63,950 bases of DNA, taken from contig NC_068987.1 of NCBI RefSeq assembly GCF_001194135.2, forward strand, positions 18,264,804-18,328,753, given 5' to 3'. Source of the DNA: Octopus bimaculoides. Taxonomy: Eukaryota. Below are positions 62,431-63,950 of the stretch, piece by piece; the stretch's first letter is position 1; every line of letters starts with the position of its first letter. A model generated the notes under the pieces. That model did not search any database, was not told the DNA's origin, and saw only the letters and a program-made list of their open reading frames with translations. The position numbers were made by a program, and so were the translations under genes.

Positions 62431-63073
62431 AGATAATATATATGGATTTGTTGCATTCATGTTGATTGACTTTGACCTCTTGACATTGGTCATTGGGCAG
62501 TCATCATTGGTCACTTTCGAATACTGTTTTTTTTTGTTTTTGTTTTTGTTTTGTTTCTTTACAACATTGTATATGTCATTGACATCATTCTACAGATTTT
62601 CTTTTTCTTTTTTTTTTTTTGGTGGTGGTGGTGTGTGCTTTTGATTTTTGTTTGTTCTTCTTGAAAGTTAGTTTCTAATTTACACCTACCCCTTGTTCGC
62701 TGTATACAAATATAAGGTATATTACAACAGCTCTTTGTTGTGATAGTAGACAGCTATTAAAAAAAAAGAAAAAATAGGCTCCTACTATGTAGGTTAAATT
62801 TTATTTTAAACGTGCCGGTTGTAAAGGAAAGTAAAAAGGATTGGCAACAGTTAATTTAGAAATAACATAAATATATACGCATCTATGTTCATAAACTTAC
62901 ATTTCTAACTATGCCTACTTAGCTGTATGCACACACAAACACGTTTGTGTGTGTATGTGTGCACATTTGTGCATATACCTGCATGTAAATATATATGTAT
63001 GAAATAGATTAGTTTTATAGGTGGCTGGGGTGGTGGAAATGTTCATTTCCTTTGTGTGGTACATTGGTGTTAC

Positions 63074-63214
63074 TCTATTCAAAGTTATGGTTGACATAGT
63101 GTTCCTATTCTCAAATGCAAATAGTTCAGTTACCAGTCTAAGCATTGTATCGTAGGGCCATATAACCATGTTGTCTACATTGAATTTTTTTGACCAAACA
63201 CTTGTGTTTATCTC
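63074..63214 (-). CDS. Candidate coding exon A (phase-0 start; donor uncertain), product unknown
   Basis: Acceptor ttctataatttacttacatgcag|G inside the stop-free ORF 62915-63220; EINTSVWSKKFNVDNMVIWPYDTMLRLVTELFAFENRNTMSTITLNR. Possible donors after 63134 (TG|gtaact), 63074 (GA|gtaaca) or 62979 (AG|gtatat). Confidence 0.35.
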
Positions 63215-63747
63215 CTGCATGTAAGTAAATTATAGAAGTAGCTTTCCTTACAGCATGGCTATGGTAGTGTTAGCCTAATCATTTACTAATGAAGCTGTAT
63301 CTCTTTTGCAAGTTTCAAAGAGGTTAGCACGTATTTCTTGAAGGCACCTGATATGATATGCAGTATATCTAACTTTACAATTTATATATGTGTGTGTGAT
63401 ATTTTGTAACCACTTTCACCAGTGTCCTTGTCAAAAGAGTAGATCTTACATGTAAATTTACAGGTAATCAGTTTAATAGATATCTGTATTTTGTTGGGGG
63501 TTTTTTGGGGATTTTAATTTAAGATTAGACTCTCGGAGGATTCTTCTAAATTTACTCACTAATTATTTATTAGGTGTTGCATCTCTAAACTTTATGCTAT
63601 CAAACCTATTATTTTCAACCTATGTATGGACTTGAATACAAGTGAGCGATGCCTACAAGAAAGGCATCTGGCTGTAGTAAATCTGCCACAGTGAATTCCA
63701 TTGAATGCATGTAAGCATAGAAAAGTTAATAATAAAATGATTTTATA

Positions 63748-63785
<38 letters not shown>

Positions 63786-63789
63786 TATT

Positions 63790-63950
63790 TTCTACTTGTT
63801 TCAGTCATTGAACTGCAGGCATGCAGGGGGCACCTCTCTGAAGGGTTTTGTTGAATACATTGATCCCAGTATTTATTTTTCAAGCCTGGTGCTTGTTCGA
63901 TCTGTCTCTTTTGCTGAACCTCTAAGTTATAGATATGTAAACAAACTAAC
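63790..63950 (-). mobile_element. CORE-like SINE tail, truncated by window end
   Basis: TACTTGTTTCAGTCATTGAACTGC...TTTTGCTGAACCTCTAAGTT. Confidence 0.75.

Noticed and set aside
63021-63220. Plus-strand exon-like interval (ttttatag|G ... CAT|gtaagt)
   Set aside because: All three plus frames contain stops (the best has a single TAG) while the minus frame is open for 101 codons. Stranded RNA-seq would settle it.

Overview
AT-rich, repeat-dominated eukaryotic draft-assembly DNA with about 20 N-gaps, many of them beside microsatellites. The SINE families and the abundant (TA)n/(CA)n/(ATT)n tracts look like an octopus (coleoid cephalopod) genome; this is recognition from memory, not a database search. 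Most of the window is: (i) three groups of tRNA-derived SINEs (CORE-like with an internal microsatellite, Meta-domain-like with two alternative tails, and a modular V-like group); (ii) (GAT)n-tailed RTE-type 3' modules and decayed RTE, RTE-X and CR1-group LINE ORF fragments; (iii) DNA-transposon relics and MITEs (maT/DD37D, piggyBac, hAT, mariner, a young 9-bp-TSD Mutator-like element, a possible IS630/Tc1 relic); (iv) Penelope-like repeats forming long inverted repeats. No complete gene, rRNA, true tRNA gene or CRISPR array is supported, and nearly all ORFs in the track are microsatellite or N-gap artefacts. The best non-repeat signal is a set of phase-compatible candidate exons on the minus strand (63214, 52945, 51981, possibly 46337), which may be the 3' end of an unidentified gene with alternative C-termini. 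Repeat boundaries are approximate unless a TSD or TIR is quoted.
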